A DNA stretch of 64,000 nucleotides from Candidatus Kaiserbacteria bacterium RIFCSPHIGHO2_01_FULL_53_31 (GCA_001781095.1 MFKU01000005.1:3651-67650), one strand, 5' to 3'. Shown: positions 19,100-28,877, counted from the first letter of the stretch. The notes: generated by a model from the letters alone, not told the origin. Numbers and translations are program-made.

Positions 19100-19690
19100 A
19101 TGATTGGTAAGGTCATGTTGATTGCGGAGGTCAAAACACGGGCACCATCCGGGTGGAAGTCGGAGCTCAGTTGGGACGAGTTGTTTGCGATCGCCAATGG
19201 GTGCGAGTTTACGGACATGCTCTCAATTTTCATTGACTCTCGGTGGGGCGGGTCGCCAGAGCTTGTGGCAAAGGCTCGGAAGATGACTGACAAGCTCATC
19301 CTCGCCAAGGGAATGAACGATGACGAGACGTTGGTGGCGGAAGCATTTGATGCCGGAGCGAATTACGCGCTTGCAGTTGGACGCGTTCCGCTCGAGAATC
19401 CCCAACGCTTCCTGATCGAACCATACACACTGGAGGAACTTTGCGCGGTACCGCATCACCTCTACACGGTTTGGAATAGCCGCGACCTGCGTAAGCTCGA
19501 CCAACCCGAGAATCGCAAGTCGGAAACATTCGAACAGGCGCGGAAGGTATTTCCGGGGTGGCTCTGCCAGGCAAGCAACGTCTCGACCGTGCTCGATATC
19601 GATCCTGGCGCGAATGCCGTGCTTGTGGGCACACATCTGCCGACGTTCATTGAGTCGGCGCGCAGACTCAAGAAAGTAATGAGTTGGTGA
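19100..19690 (+). CDS. indole-3-glycerol-phosphate-synthase-like TIM barrel, N-terminally shortened
   Basis: IAEVK..PS, NSRDL and ANAVLVG match TrpC motifs; GGGAGG SD; terminator at 19721-19744. Confidence 0.7.
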   Translation: MIGKVMLIAEVKTRAPSGWKSELSWDELFAIANGCEFTDMLSIFIDSRWGGSPELVAKARKMTDKLILAKGMNDDETLVAEAFDAGANYALAVGRVPLENPQRFLIEPYTLEELCAVPHHLYTVWNSRDLRKLDQPENRKSETFEQARKVFPGWLCQASNVSTVLDIDPGANAVLVGTHLPTFIESARRLKKVMSW

Positions 19691-19769
19691 TCGCGACACC
19701 ATCTGTCCCTTTACAACATGAGAGCCGCACATGGGTGCGGCTCTTAGATTACGTGGCTTGTTAACGCTT

Positions 19770-20465
19770 TTATTTATTAACCGTGACGGAAACGATTTTG
19801 CCGTCGTCCATGTGGATAATTTTTTGTGCGAGACGTGCGTACTCGTCCTCGTGGGTGACCATGATGATCGTCTGTCCGGCGCGATGGAGATCCTGGAAGA
19901 TTCCCATTATGGTTCGAGAAGATTCATTATCAAGATTTGCGGTTGGCTCATCCGCGAAGAGAAGCTTCGGCTGATGCGCAACTGCGCGAGCTATTGATAC
20001 CCGTTGCTGCTCCCCGCCCGAGAGCTGGCTCGGCAGATTGTCGAGACGTTCTCCAAGCCGCACCTTCGTAAGCGCATCCTGCGCCTTCTGGTATGCGACG
20101 GCGCGCGGAACGCCCTGCATGAGAAGCGGCAGAGCCACATTTTCAAGCGCCGTCATCTCCGGCAAGAGCGCATAGTCCTGGAACACGAAGCCGAACTGGG
20201 CGAGGCGGAAATGCGTTTTTTCTTCGGCGCTCATAAGGTGCGTGTTGACGCCGTCAAACACGATTTCTCCGCTCGTCGGTTCGTCGAGTAAGCTCAATTG
20301 ATAGAGGAATGTACTCTTTCCGGCCCCTGAGCGGCCCATGATGGCGATGAATTCTCCGCTGCTCGCCTTGAAGGTGATGCCTTTCAGTACTCGTGTTTCG
20401 ACATCGCCTGCCTTAAAAACGCGTTCGAGGTTGGTGGTTTGGATCATAGGATTAATTACGACCAA
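19770..20465 (-). CDS. ABC transporter ATPase (MacB/LolD type)
   Basis: GRSGAGKS, LSGGEQQRV, ADEPT, VTH. Confidence 0.95.
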   Translation of the reverse strand: MVVINPMIQTTNLERVFKAGDVETRVLKGITFKASSGEFIAIMGRSGAGKSTFLYQLSLLDEPTSGEIVFDGVNTHLMSAEEKTHFRLAQFGFVFQDYALLPEMTALENVALPLLMQGVPRAVAYQKAQDALTKVRLGERLDNLPSQLSGGEQQRVSIARAVAHQPKLLFADEPTANLDNESSRTIMGIFQDLHRAGQTIIMVTHEDEYARLAQKIIHMDDGKIVSVTVNK

Positions 20466-21717
20466 GAATAGAGTCGAGCGTATTCTTACGCACGATCATT
20501 CGGGCGGGGATGTAGCCGGCGACCAGCGTAGCGAGAATGAGAAGACCAACTCGGAAAAGCGTACCGTCGAGCGGCGCCACTAAAATACCGTCGGAAAAAG
20601 GGAAGTCAATTGGATGCTGCCCGATGAAAGGCACAAGAAAGCCGTACAATAGCACCAAGCCGATGACTGAACCGCAGACTGCATAGAATATGGATTGGAA
20701 AATGTAGGAGATCTCGATCGCGTGGCCATGGATGCCGATTCCCTTCAAAATGCCGATAAATTTCCGTCGCGTGATGGCATTGATGAAAATGACAATGAAG
20801 ATGGTAATGGATGACACGATCAGGCCGACTGAGCTGAAAACGCTTCCGAGCAAATTGAAGGTGTCGATGATGTCCTTCAGAAATTGCGGTTGAGCATCGG
20901 CGTACGTCTGCACCTTTGCATATCGATCGACACCGCTCCGTAGCAGCGTCTCGCGTAGAGAGAGAGGGTCGGCGCCGCCCACGAGCTTAATGGCAATTTG
21001 ATCGACATTACCGTCATTGCGGCCGATGAGACTGCGGAATTGGGAATCAATCATGTAGACGCTGCGAGTGATTTCGTCCACCTTACTCTTCAGGATTCCT
21101 TTCACGATGACTTCGCGCTTCACGCCTCCGACCGATATGCGAATCTTCGTTCCAAGGGACACATTATCGAGTGCCGAAAACCCGGGAGAATCCACTGGCA
21201 CGTATTGCTTGAGGAGGTATTGCCCAATAATCACCTGATCGTAGTCCCCGAGTGCAAGATAATCGCCTTCCGTAATTGAATGAGCAAGCCCAGTGACCGT
21301 GTTTTCATCAGTAGGATTGATACCGACGATTTGCGCTGCCGCAGTATTCGGCTTGTCCGTGTCCTTGCGCGTTTTATAGTTAGCTTCGAGAGTCGCGCCT
21401 TCTTGGTAGCGTGCCGTGATGTGTTCGACTTCGGGCAATGTTTTGAGAAGGGCGATGAGATTCGGACTATTTTCAATATATTTTTTGTCATTCAGTGTAG
21501 AGACGATGACGTCGCTCGTATACTCAGTCCGCGCAGCGTCAACGGCGCCTTGAATAAGACCGACAAGTATGCCGGAGACTACGACGAGATTGAGGAACGT
21601 GAGAACCATCACGAAGATTATCAGACCCGTCGTCCAGCCACTCGCCTGACGCACTTGCCGTAGCGCAAGATACCAACCGATGCGTATGTTGAGCGCAAGT
21701 TTAGGGAGCATACGCAA
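20452..21717 (-). CDS. ABC transporter permease (FtsX/MacB type)
   Basis: 1+3 TM topology; IGILKGIG; GYIPAR. Confidence 0.92.
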   Translation of the reverse strand: MRMLPKLALNIRIGWYLALRQVRQASGWTTGLIIFVMVLTFLNLVVVSGILVGLIQGAVDAARTEYTSDVIVSTLNDKKYIENSPNLIALLKTLPEVEHITARYQEGATLEANYKTRKDTDKPNTAAAQIVGINPTDENTVTGLAHSITEGDYLALGDYDQVIIGQYLLKQYVPVDSPGFSALDNVSLGTKIRISVGGVKREVIVKGILKSKVDEITRSVYMIDSQFRSLIGRNDGNVDQIAIKLVGGADPLSLRETLLRSGVDRYAKVQTYADAQPQFLKDIIDTFNLLGSVFSSVGLIVSSITIFIVIFINAITRRKFIGILKGIGIHGHAIEISYIFQSIFYAVCGSVIGLVLLYGFLVPFIGQHPIDFPFSDGILVAPLDGTLFRVGLLILATLVAGYIPARMIVRKNTLDSILGRN

Positions 21718-21729
21718 AATTCGACGACA

Positions 21730-23166
21730 CTAGTCGCTTGAAGAGAGAACGACGATATCACCTGCTTGTAAGCCCGATACGATCTCGATCTGTCCGAGAG
21801 AGGAAACGCTTCCGAGCATCACTTCGCGCTCGATCACCTGGTCGCCTTCTTTGACGAACACAAATTTCTTGCCATCGCGACTTCCCACGATCCCTTGGGG
21901 AACCATTACTACGCCCGATTTCTTCTTGGTTGTGATTGTAATATTTGCCGTCATACCCGCCCTGATTCGCACGTCGTACGTCGTGAATTCGAGTTTTATC
22001 CGATACGTCGAGACGCCATCGCGCACCGTTTCTGCTGGATCGATAAAAATCACCTTGGCGTCAAATGGCACATCGGCGCCATACGCATCAAGCGTGATAA
22101 CTGCCGGGTCGCCGACCTCGACGAAGGGAATATTGATCTCGGGGACATAACTTTCAACCTGGAGCGTCGCTTCACTGATGAGAGATACTGCAGGCGCATT
22201 CGCGGTCGCGATGCCGCCCAACTTCGCCTGTACGTCGGTAATCGTGCCAGTAAAAGGCGCGCGTATCGTCCGGTCAGCGATCTGTACCTGGATACGGCTG
22301 ACATTCGCTTCTGCTCGCGCAATCTCGGCTTCAGATACAGTCGTTATGCCTTTCGCACTGGCTACTTCAGCTTCGGCAGAACTGATCTCTTTATCACGCG
22401 TTCGCTGCGCATCTTGATAGGCATTGAAGTTCGCGCGATAGGAAGCGCTTTTAACGTTGGGGATGGTTATGTACCAGGTAGTCTCGCTGTAGGCAGAGAG
22501 TGCATCAGAAAACGTGAGGAAAAGGCCGTTTGAACCGAGTGGTGTCGCGTCGTCTTCCAAAATATCGATTGATGCCAGATCCTCCAGTCCGGTCGTGCGC
22601 AACTGGTAGTCGTTCATACCAAGCTGAGGTCCAGTTAAGACCCTTATTTTATAAATTCCTTCTTTACCGCGGTAGAGACCGGTAATGGTGGGCGGCGTTG
22701 CATCGACCGCTGACAAACTTGGCACGGCCTCCAAGTCGTCGGACAACATTTCGCGATACGCATTTTGTACGAGTGTATCCTGTTGTCTGCGGACCTCCTG
22801 CACATTCGCGGCTTTATTCGCGGCTTCAGCTTTCTTAAGCGCCAGGTCAGCATATGCGGCTTTGAGATCAGCACTGAGGGTACCGATAGAGAGGATCGCG
22901 AGGGCTTGACCGCGGGCGACCTTATCCCCGACGTGGACATAGATCGCATCTACGCGCCCTGTCTCGGCGAACGATAGGTCGACATCATCGGCCGCTACAA
23001 CGGTGCCGGATACTGATACCTCTTGGACAAACTCGCCCGGTTGTATGACTAGGGTCTGCGCGTCATTGCCACCGCTCTGTAGGTACGCAATGACGCTTCC
23101 CACGACAATAAGCGCGACAATAATCGAACCCAAAAATATCGGTTTCCTCTGTAAATATGATTTCAT
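21730..23166 (-). CDS. efflux periplasmic adaptor (MacA/HlyD-like)
   Basis: Lipoyl halves VGDKV and IRAPFTG, coiled coil, IRAGMTA, EIVSGLQAGD. Confidence 0.92.
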   Translation of the reverse strand: MKSYLQRKPIFLGSIIVALIVVGSVIAYLQSGGNDAQTLVIQPGEFVQEVSVSGTVVAADDVDLSFAETGRVDAIYVHVGDKVARGQALAILSIGTLSADLKAAYADLALKKAEAANKAANVQEVRRQQDTLVQNAYREMLSDDLEAVPSLSAVDATPPTITGLYRGKEGIYKIRVLTGPQLGMNDYQLRTTGLEDLASIDILEDDATPLGSNGLFLTFSDALSAYSETTWYITIPNVKSASYRANFNAYQDAQRTRDKEISSAEAEVASAKGITTVSEAEIARAEANVSRIQVQIADRTIRAPFTGTITDVQAKLGGIATANAPAVSLISEATLQVESYVPEINIPFVEVGDPAVITLDAYGADVPFDAKVIFIDPAETVRDGVSTYRIKLEFTTYDVRIRAGMTANITITTKKKSGVVMVPQGIVGSRDGKKFVFVKEGDQVIEREVMLGSVSSLGQIEIVSGLQAGDIVVLSSSD

Positions 23167-23193
23167 ATAATGCTAAAACGCGTTCTCAAGCAT

Positions 23194-23388
23194 TCACAGC
23201 CAACTGCTGCATGATGACCGCAGTATAATACAGTGCGAGCGTCTTATCAAGTCGTCGCCGAAGTCATTTGTGACCCGAAGCACCCTGCCGACAAGATGGC
23301 AAATGCACCCGGGGTTTTCTCCGTGAGAATGGGCTTCGCAGCTCTTCACTCGCACGCGCTTCCTAACGAGGTTCTCGTACGCTTTCAT
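23194..23388 (-). CDS. small Cys/His-rich hypothetical protein
   Basis: AGGAGGG SD before MKAYEN; TATAAC upstream. Confidence 0.4.
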   Translation of the reverse strand: MKAYENLVRKRVRVKSCEAHSHGENPGCICHLVGRVLRVTNDFGDDLIRRSHCIILRSSCSSWL

Positions 23389-23491
23389 CCGACCCTCCTT
23401 CCCGTCTCTCTCGTTCTCTGTCGCAGTTATAGCACACATTTGACGATGCTCTGTTCTGTGGTTGCAGTTCTCTACACATTACAAAATGAGC

Positions 23492-23523
23492 CGCCTGACA
23501 GAGCCGAGTGGCTCTGTCAGGCG
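23492..23523 (-). terminator. hairpin, member of the GGCTCTGTCAGG family
   Basis: cgcctgacagagcc-gagt-ggctctgtcaggcg, perfect 14-bp stem downstream of the GNAT gene. Confidence 0.65.
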
Positions 23524-23617
23524 TTCGCAATCAGCGGTGCAAATCCGCAATGTCCGCGAGTAGCTGCGGTCTCGTTACGCGCACGGGACTACGCGATAAC
23601 CTGTTCCATCGTGAAGA

Positions 23618-24088
23618 TCATCTCTCTTCCGTTTGTAATTTGCGAGACATTACGAGACGCGGCGAGCTGCTCTTCCCGTGATCCTCGAGCCTGCCGGTCA
23701 CGACGAACCCGTGGCGTTCGTAGAGTTGCCGTGCTCGGTTTTGCTCATGCGTCCGTAGGCTCATCGTGCAGGCTCCGGCTCGACGCATCTTTGCGACGAT
23801 TGTTCGCAGTACATCGCCTCCGATCCCGTGCCCTTGATACGTGGGCTCGATCGCGATCTCGGCGAGGTATGCGTGCTTCCCTGGAAGCATCTGGACCTGA
23901 ACCAATCCAACATTTTTGGTCTCGTACAGGACCATCCAGACGAGTGCCAGTGGATTCTCGATCTCCTTTCTCGCCTCGTCCACATTCGTGGTGACCAGAT
24001 TAATAGGGGACTCAACGCTGCGCTCAATGCGTACATAGTCGTCTGCGTCTCGAGCGGTCGCTCGTTTCAGCCGTACCTTCGCTTTCAT
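23618..24088 (-). CDS. GNAT-family N-acetyltransferase
   Basis: YQGHGIG acetyl-CoA loop; N.ARQLYERHGF; AGGAGGG SD; GTGACA-16-TATAAT promoter. Confidence 0.9.
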   Translation of the reverse strand: MKAKVRLKRATARDADDYVRIERSVESPINLVTTNVDEARKEIENPLALVWMVLYETKNVGLVQVQMLPGKHAYLAEIAIEPTYQGHGIGGDVLRTIVAKMRRAGACTMSLRTHEQNRARQLYERHGFVVTGRLEDHGKSSSPRLVMSRKLQTEER

Positions 24089-24195
24089 CCAGGCTCCCTC
24101 CTTCCACGGACATTATATCATCAAAAACACAAATGTCACCGCATACGGTACGCCAGTGGGTGGACGGCGGCCATTCGTTTCTCGGGAATGATGTT

Positions 24196-24627
24196 CTATT
24201 GTTGGTTGAGATCAATCCTCTTTTGTATTTGCTGGTCTTTTATTATCTGAACGGAAGGCAACTTGCTTTGTGGCGGAACTGCGTATCCTGTAGGGAAGCG
24301 ATTTGTATTAAAGAAGATGTCGAAGCTCCCGACGGGCACTTTTGAGAAAGTCGCCACGCCATTTGCATCAGTGACGGTGTAGCTCATCGAACCCGTAGGG
24401 CCATTTGCGCCAACTGTACCCAGGTCGACTTCAACATCAGAAAGGGGTTGTCCCTTGCCGTAAACTAGAACCGTCAATGAGCCGAAATCCGTCGATCCTA
24501 TTATTAAATTATCAGAGGTCACAGGTGCAGGCCCAACACTAAATAAACTTGGTGCGTACTTGAATATGCCGAGGGCAACTCCTAGCAAAACTACTGCAAC
24601 GAGGAATCCTATAGTGCTGTTTTTCAT
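24196..24627 (-). CDS. membrane-anchored protein with carboxypeptidase-regulatory-like (prealbumin) domain
   Basis: TM; GQPLSDVEV; TDANGVATF..VPVG. Confidence 0.75.
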   Translation of the reverse strand: MKNSTIGFLVAVVLLGVALGIFKYAPSLFSVGPAPVTSDNLIIGSTDFGSLTVLVYGKGQPLSDVEVDLGTVGANGPTGSMSYTVTDANGVATFSKVPVGSFDIFFNTNRFPTGYAVPPQSKLPSVQIIKDQQIQKRIDLNQQ

Positions 24628-24719
24628 ATGCTCACTCTATCATACGATCATAGAGTCCAGGGTGTCCTTTCTTATTCCAGTGGCGGGTAGTATAGTGCTT
24701 GCGGAAGGAGGTGATACAC

Positions 24720-25418
24720 GTGATCGGGATGAAGAATTTCCAAGTCGGGCAGTTCTTTGAAGATGTCGGGCATGCTCTTATTGGTGGCGAGCTCACAAGA
24801 CACGAGGATGGAGACATAGTGCTCTGGGACGCGTCGGCTACTATCGAAGTCAAGGCGTCAGGTCTTCAGTCGAGCTATGGGTATCGATTGGATATTGACC
24901 AGATCGATCGATATGGGGAGCTATCGGCATTTCCATTCGATCGGGCATGGTACATGTTTTTTGCGTACAACAACCCGTCAGTGCGTAACGAAAAAGGAGG
25001 ACGTTCGAGCGCATTGTCGAGACACAGTGACCGCGTCGAAGTGAATCGCTATTTGGCTCGAGCGGTCTCGTGGTTTGTGCTCCTCGACCATTCCATCGTT
25101 GCTCAGTGGCGAGCACTGCGACGCGTTTCGACAAAGAGCGTGATGGGGCACCTCGGGACAAAGACAGTCGACGTGAGGTGTCGAGAGGTTCACAGCCTTG
25201 CGAATGGCGGCTTCGCTACCGGTCTCACTGAGCTCGACCTCGATCCTGCGCAATTTGCCGTGATGGACAGCAAAGTCGACATCGTGGTCGACACTGATCT
25301 TTTCGAGAAGTACCGAATGAGATTCCCGATTACAGTCGTCACACCCGTGAAGGAAATAAAACATATTAAAAAAGCTTTACGGGTGCACAGCGGTATCGAG
25401 CTGTTGAGCCGAAGTTGA
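24720..25418 (+). CDS. hypothetical protein with a PD-(D/E)xK nuclease-like motif
   Basis: G.FFE...GD.....IEVK; AAGGAGGTGAT SD before a GTG start. Confidence 0.6.
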   Translation: MIGMKNFQVGQFFEDVGHALIGGELTRHEDGDIVLWDASATIEVKASGLQSSYGYRLDIDQIDRYGELSAFPFDRAWYMFFAYNNPSVRNEKGGRSSALSRHSDRVEVNRYLARAVSWFVLLDHSIVAQWRALRRVSTKSVMGHLGTKTVDVRCREVHSLANGGFATGLTELDLDPAQFAVMDSKVDIVVDTDLFEKYRMRFPITVVTPVKEIKHIKKALRVHSGIELLSRS

Positions 25419-25557
25419 ACCCGTCGCGGAAATGGCAATCGCGGCGAGTTTTGTCATTTTTTTAAATTGGACATGAAAACGAAAAGACCATCCACAGAAT
25501 GAACAGTCTCTTCGCTGTTTCGATGGACGGTCACGATTACTGTTTTCGGCGTCAATT

Positions 25558-25869
25558 TTACTTTGAGGTTGCTGACTGCCGACCCGCGATGAAGATGTCT
25601 CGGAGTAGTTGTAGAACAAAAATGGGCTCTGGGACATCTCGCCGATCGTCAGCTTCATACGCGAGCTCAACTACCGAAGCCAGCGCACGTACCGCTGGGT
25701 CGTCAACGGCCATTGGTATGAACGCGACCACCCTCTCCCCGTTGCCTGCGTGAGCTGCTTCTAGCCGCACTTCCTCCTTCGTATTGAAGAGGGAATCCAT
25801 GTGGACCACAATACGCTCGGGCAAACTTTTCCTTGGATCTCCCTCATACACAATCAGATTCTTCAACAT
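25558..25869 (-). CDS. hypothetical protein (ORFan cassette)
   Basis: TTGACA-17-TACTCT promoter and AGGAGGTG SD before MLKNL. Confidence 0.7.
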   Translation of the reverse strand: MLKNLIVYEGDPRKSLPERIVVHMDSLFNTKEEVRLEAAHAGNGERVVAFIPMAVDDPAVRALASVVELAYEADDRRDVPEPIFVLQLLRDIFIAGRQSATSK

Positions 25870-26114
25870 GCTGGTCACCTCCTCTGACTTCAGAGTAGTA
25901 CATTAACAAAGAAATGTCAAATTACTCGTACTCCCGTTCGGCTGTTTTACGAATTTCATTGAATCTATCCGTTGGTGGGGATTAGCATAGAAACGGTGCG
26001 GAGGTTGCGGTAGCTGAGCGCTGAATGATATGCACAATATAATACACGAAGTTCATGTTTGCTGTAAATGTTTCTTCATAAGAACGGCATAGATAGTGAA
26101 TTAATATATTTCGT

Positions 26115-26381
26115 ATGAAACACGCAGAGATAAAGAGTAACAAGAAGGTAGCGAAAACGGCACGGGACGCAGTGCTGAACGTGGCAGATCGCGTTCAAAA
26201 CCTTAAAGAAAAGACATGGCGGGCGTGGGAAGAGTCAAAGCCGCGTCAACAAAAGATCAAGGAGAATTTGAGGGTAGCTGGCGAGAAGGTCGTCGCTTTC
26301 GGGAAAGACGTCGGCACGGGCTTCAAAGAAGGCATAGCTGAAGTCCAAAAAAGGAATAAGAAAAGAGGCGCTAGTGTTTAG
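26115..26381 (+). CDS. small Lys-rich helical hypothetical protein
   Basis: 88-aa amphipathic ORF after an AT-rich leader. Confidence 0.6.
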   Translation: MKHAEIKSNKKVAKTARDAVLNVADRVQNLKEKTWRAWEESKPRQQKIKENLRVAGEKVVAFGKDVGTGFKEGIAEVQKRNKKRGASV

Positions 26382-26491
26382 TTCTCTGGCGTGGGCAATC
26401 TGCCGGTGGGCAGGAAGTGTGTTCGAACCTGTACATGAAAAGACAAAGCCCCGGTTGAGGGACTTTGTCTTGGAACGAGACTGAGTCTTGC

Positions 26492-26737
26492 TTAGCCCTG
26501 GCAATCCGTATTCGAGTTGTTATAGCCCGTGGCTCCCACATCCTGACCGACTGCTCCGTCGTGATATCCCGGCGTTCCGCCCAACGCACCGAGCCATCCG
26601 AAATTACCATTTACATTGGCAAACGCACCATGAGTCGCACCACATGGAGCTGGGGCTGCAAATGCCGTAGCAGCCAACGAACCGAATAAAAGGGCACTTG
26701 CGCCCGCACCCAGAAGAACTTTCTTAAGTGTTCTCAT
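26492..26737 (-). CDS. small secreted Gly-rich protein
   Basis: Signal peptide ending AFA; two Cys; HGAF motif. Confidence 0.7.
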   Translation of the reverse strand: MRTLKKVLLGAGASALLFGSLAATAFAAPAPCGATHGAFANVNGNFGWLGALGGTPGYHDGAVGQDVGATGYNNSNTDCQG

Positions 26738-26869
26738 ATGTCGGTAAATATTATCGGTTAAGTTTTCAGTGTACACCTCGTGTCAGAAGCTATGATGAAG
26801 GAGGGGATGTGCGAGAGTAAAAATATAAAAAGAAAGCCCGCCCCCCGGCGCGAGACGAAAGGGTCGGCG

Positions 26870-27184
26870 CTAGGAGCGGGCCGCGAGCGCATACGGCATA
26901 AAGTAGTGTTCCATGTCCTCTAGGGTGCTGCCATATTCTGTCCCGCCAAGCACTGCATCAGAAAATACTTCCTTGGCGATGGCGAGCTCATCTAATCTGC
27001 CTTTCCACCGCTGGTCTCGTTGGGTGAGGTCAATAAGCATCAATGCTTGCTCGACTGCATGGTCAAAGCGCTGTGGGTCCTTGCCGTGCCACTTTGCCGC
27101 ACGACCAACCTCAGAGCCAATGTTGCCGAGTTGCTCCATGAGCGTGAATCTCGACCACGATTGTTGGATGCCGGAAACGGTCAT
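26870..27184 (-). CDS. conserved hypothetical protein
   Basis: W....EQLGNIGSEVGRA motif; ATGA-coupled to the upstream DUF5674-like gene. Confidence 0.8.
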   Translation of the reverse strand: MTVSGIQQSWSRFTLMEQLGNIGSEVGRAAKWHGKDPQRFDHAVEQALMLIDLTQRDQRWKGRLDELAIAKEVFSDAVLGGTEYGSTLEDMEHYFMPYALAARS

Positions 27185-27537
27185 GTCGATGACACACGCT
27201 TGTTCACAACCTCACGTATTGCTGCCTGTATGGCAAGATCCTCCACCGTTCTCGTTCGATTCCCGTACAGTGGTTTCAGGTTAACCATGGAATCAAATTC
27301 AATAAAGTCATTCCCAGTTTTGTCAAGCAGGAGATTAATTCCCCATGTGTCTTGGCGTTTCGAATCATGCTGCTCTATCAGAAGCTTTTCGATTTCAGAG
27401 TGGAACTCGCCACCAACCCCGATGATTCCTTGCGGCACGTCTACCACTGCCTTGATCGTGTCACCGTAGTACTCGTGCGCGAGCACTTTAAGCTCAGCGA
27501 GGCTGATGCGGTCAGTGACAATTCTGGTTTCTGCCAT
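27181..27537 (-). CDS. DUF5674-like protein
   Basis: IKAVVD..GGEFH..E..L...S....WG.N....IEFDSMVN..P..N. Confidence 0.8.
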   Translation of the reverse strand: MAETRIVTDRISLAELKVLAHEYYGDTIKAVVDVPQGIIGVGGEFHSEIEKLLIEQHDSKRQDTWGINLLLDKTGNDFIEFDSMVNLKPLYGNRTRTVEDLAIQAAIREVVNKRVSST

Positions 27538-27611
27538 GGTCTCATTATCATACACTTTGTAGTAAAGTGCGAATCAACTGAGTATTCTGAAAGGAGGGAA
27601 AGGCGGAAAAA

Positions 27612-27725
27612 GGGACAGGCCCCATTGTTTAGGAATTTCCATGTTGTAATTCGGAAACAATGTACTAAAGAGGAAACCATTAGACCACACGAAAACCTAA
27701 AGAATGGTGACTGTCCCCATTATTC
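27612..27725. repeat. pair of GGGACAG/CTGTCCC REP-like palindromes
   Basis: agggacaggcccc (about 27611-27623) and aatggtgactgtccccatt (27703-27721). Confidence 0.5.
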
Positions 27726-27875
27726 CATCACCCGCCATTACCCCGCTGGGTGCTTGCCCTTCGAAGTGCTTCACGAAGCAAGGGAGGATGTTCGAACCTT
27801 AATACAAAAAAGAAAGCCACCACTCCGATGAGGAAGCAGTAAGCTTTCCTTTATGAGTGGTGGGCTTGTTGTGTG

Positions 27876-28640
27876 TTATGCCAGGAGACCACGCTCGAGA
27901 CCATACCGAACTGCTTCGGCAGGATCCTTTCGTACCTTGTCCTCGAGCTGCCGTCGTACTCGGCGGACCTGTTCGGGAGGATACGCTTTACGGAGGATCA
28001 TCAGCAACGGTCGACGGGTGTAGCTCCTCCCGAAGTATTGACCCGTGAGTCCGTACTCTTTGCGGAGCTTACGCCGCTTTGTGCGAACGATCTCGTCCGC
28101 CTCTCGTTCGGCTCGCTTCTTTTCGGGCGGATCACCTTTCCAAATCCACCCGTAGGGGAGTGGCTCACTAAACTTCACCCAGACTGGAGTAAAGCGGACC
28201 CGATACACCCATCCGTTACAGGACAGGATGCGATTCGTGAGGGACTCGGTCAACTGAAATTGCGACACGAGTGAATCCCAAAGCGAATCGTCATCGACTC
28301 TCTCTTCAGGCAGCGGTGGAGGGTTGTCTGCATCGTACAGCATGAGATTCGCAACATGTTGCTCGATGAAGTTCTCTCTTTCGCGATATTGCGAGATGAT
28401 ATAGTGCCCTCCGTCGCGATCGGGTTTAGCCTCCCGTAGGAAGGGAATCTTGAGATCGAGCTTGTTCGCTTCGATCAAGTCGAGGATGGGCCTGATGCCG
28501 CCCCATCTGTCATGTCCCCAATGAGGCGCAAGACGCCAACCACTCAAGAGGCTGTCGCGGTGAGCATTGGCGACTCGCTCTGGTACGTATAGTACCCAGC
28601 CGCGGGTCCGTAATTGGTCAAAGAACTGTGTTTTGTTCAT
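27876..28640 (-). CDS. hypothetical basic protein (ORFan)
   Basis: GGGAG SD before MNKTQ; CTGACA-17-TATAAA upstream; hairpin at about 27812-27867. Confidence 0.7.
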   Translation of the reverse strand: MNKTQFFDQLRTRGWVLYVPERVANAHRDSLLSGWRLAPHWGHDRWGGIRPILDLIEANKLDLKIPFLREAKPDRDGGHYIISQYRERENFIEQHVANLMLYDADNPPPLPEERVDDDSLWDSLVSQFQLTESLTNRILSCNGWVYRVRFTPVWVKFSEPLPYGWIWKGDPPEKKRAEREADEIVRTKRRKLRKEYGLTGQYFGRSYTRRPLLMILRKAYPPEQVRRVRRQLEDKVRKDPAEAVRYGLERGLLA

Positions 28641-28877
28641 ACATCTCCCTTTGCTGTGCTTTTGTCCTTTCGGACGCAGCATTGCAGGATCACGTGTGGT
28701 CACTGGTTCGTCCACACCAACCAAAGCTCTGGCGTCTTTATACCACACCAATCAAAATCTGTCAGCTCCGCTGGCTGCTGTGCCCGTCCGTAGTTTCTGA
28801 ACGGAGGAGGGGATGACCCGTCTTGTTGGAGCAAAGCCGAGGCGGATGTTCAAACCTGTTTTTGCTATACTTAAACC

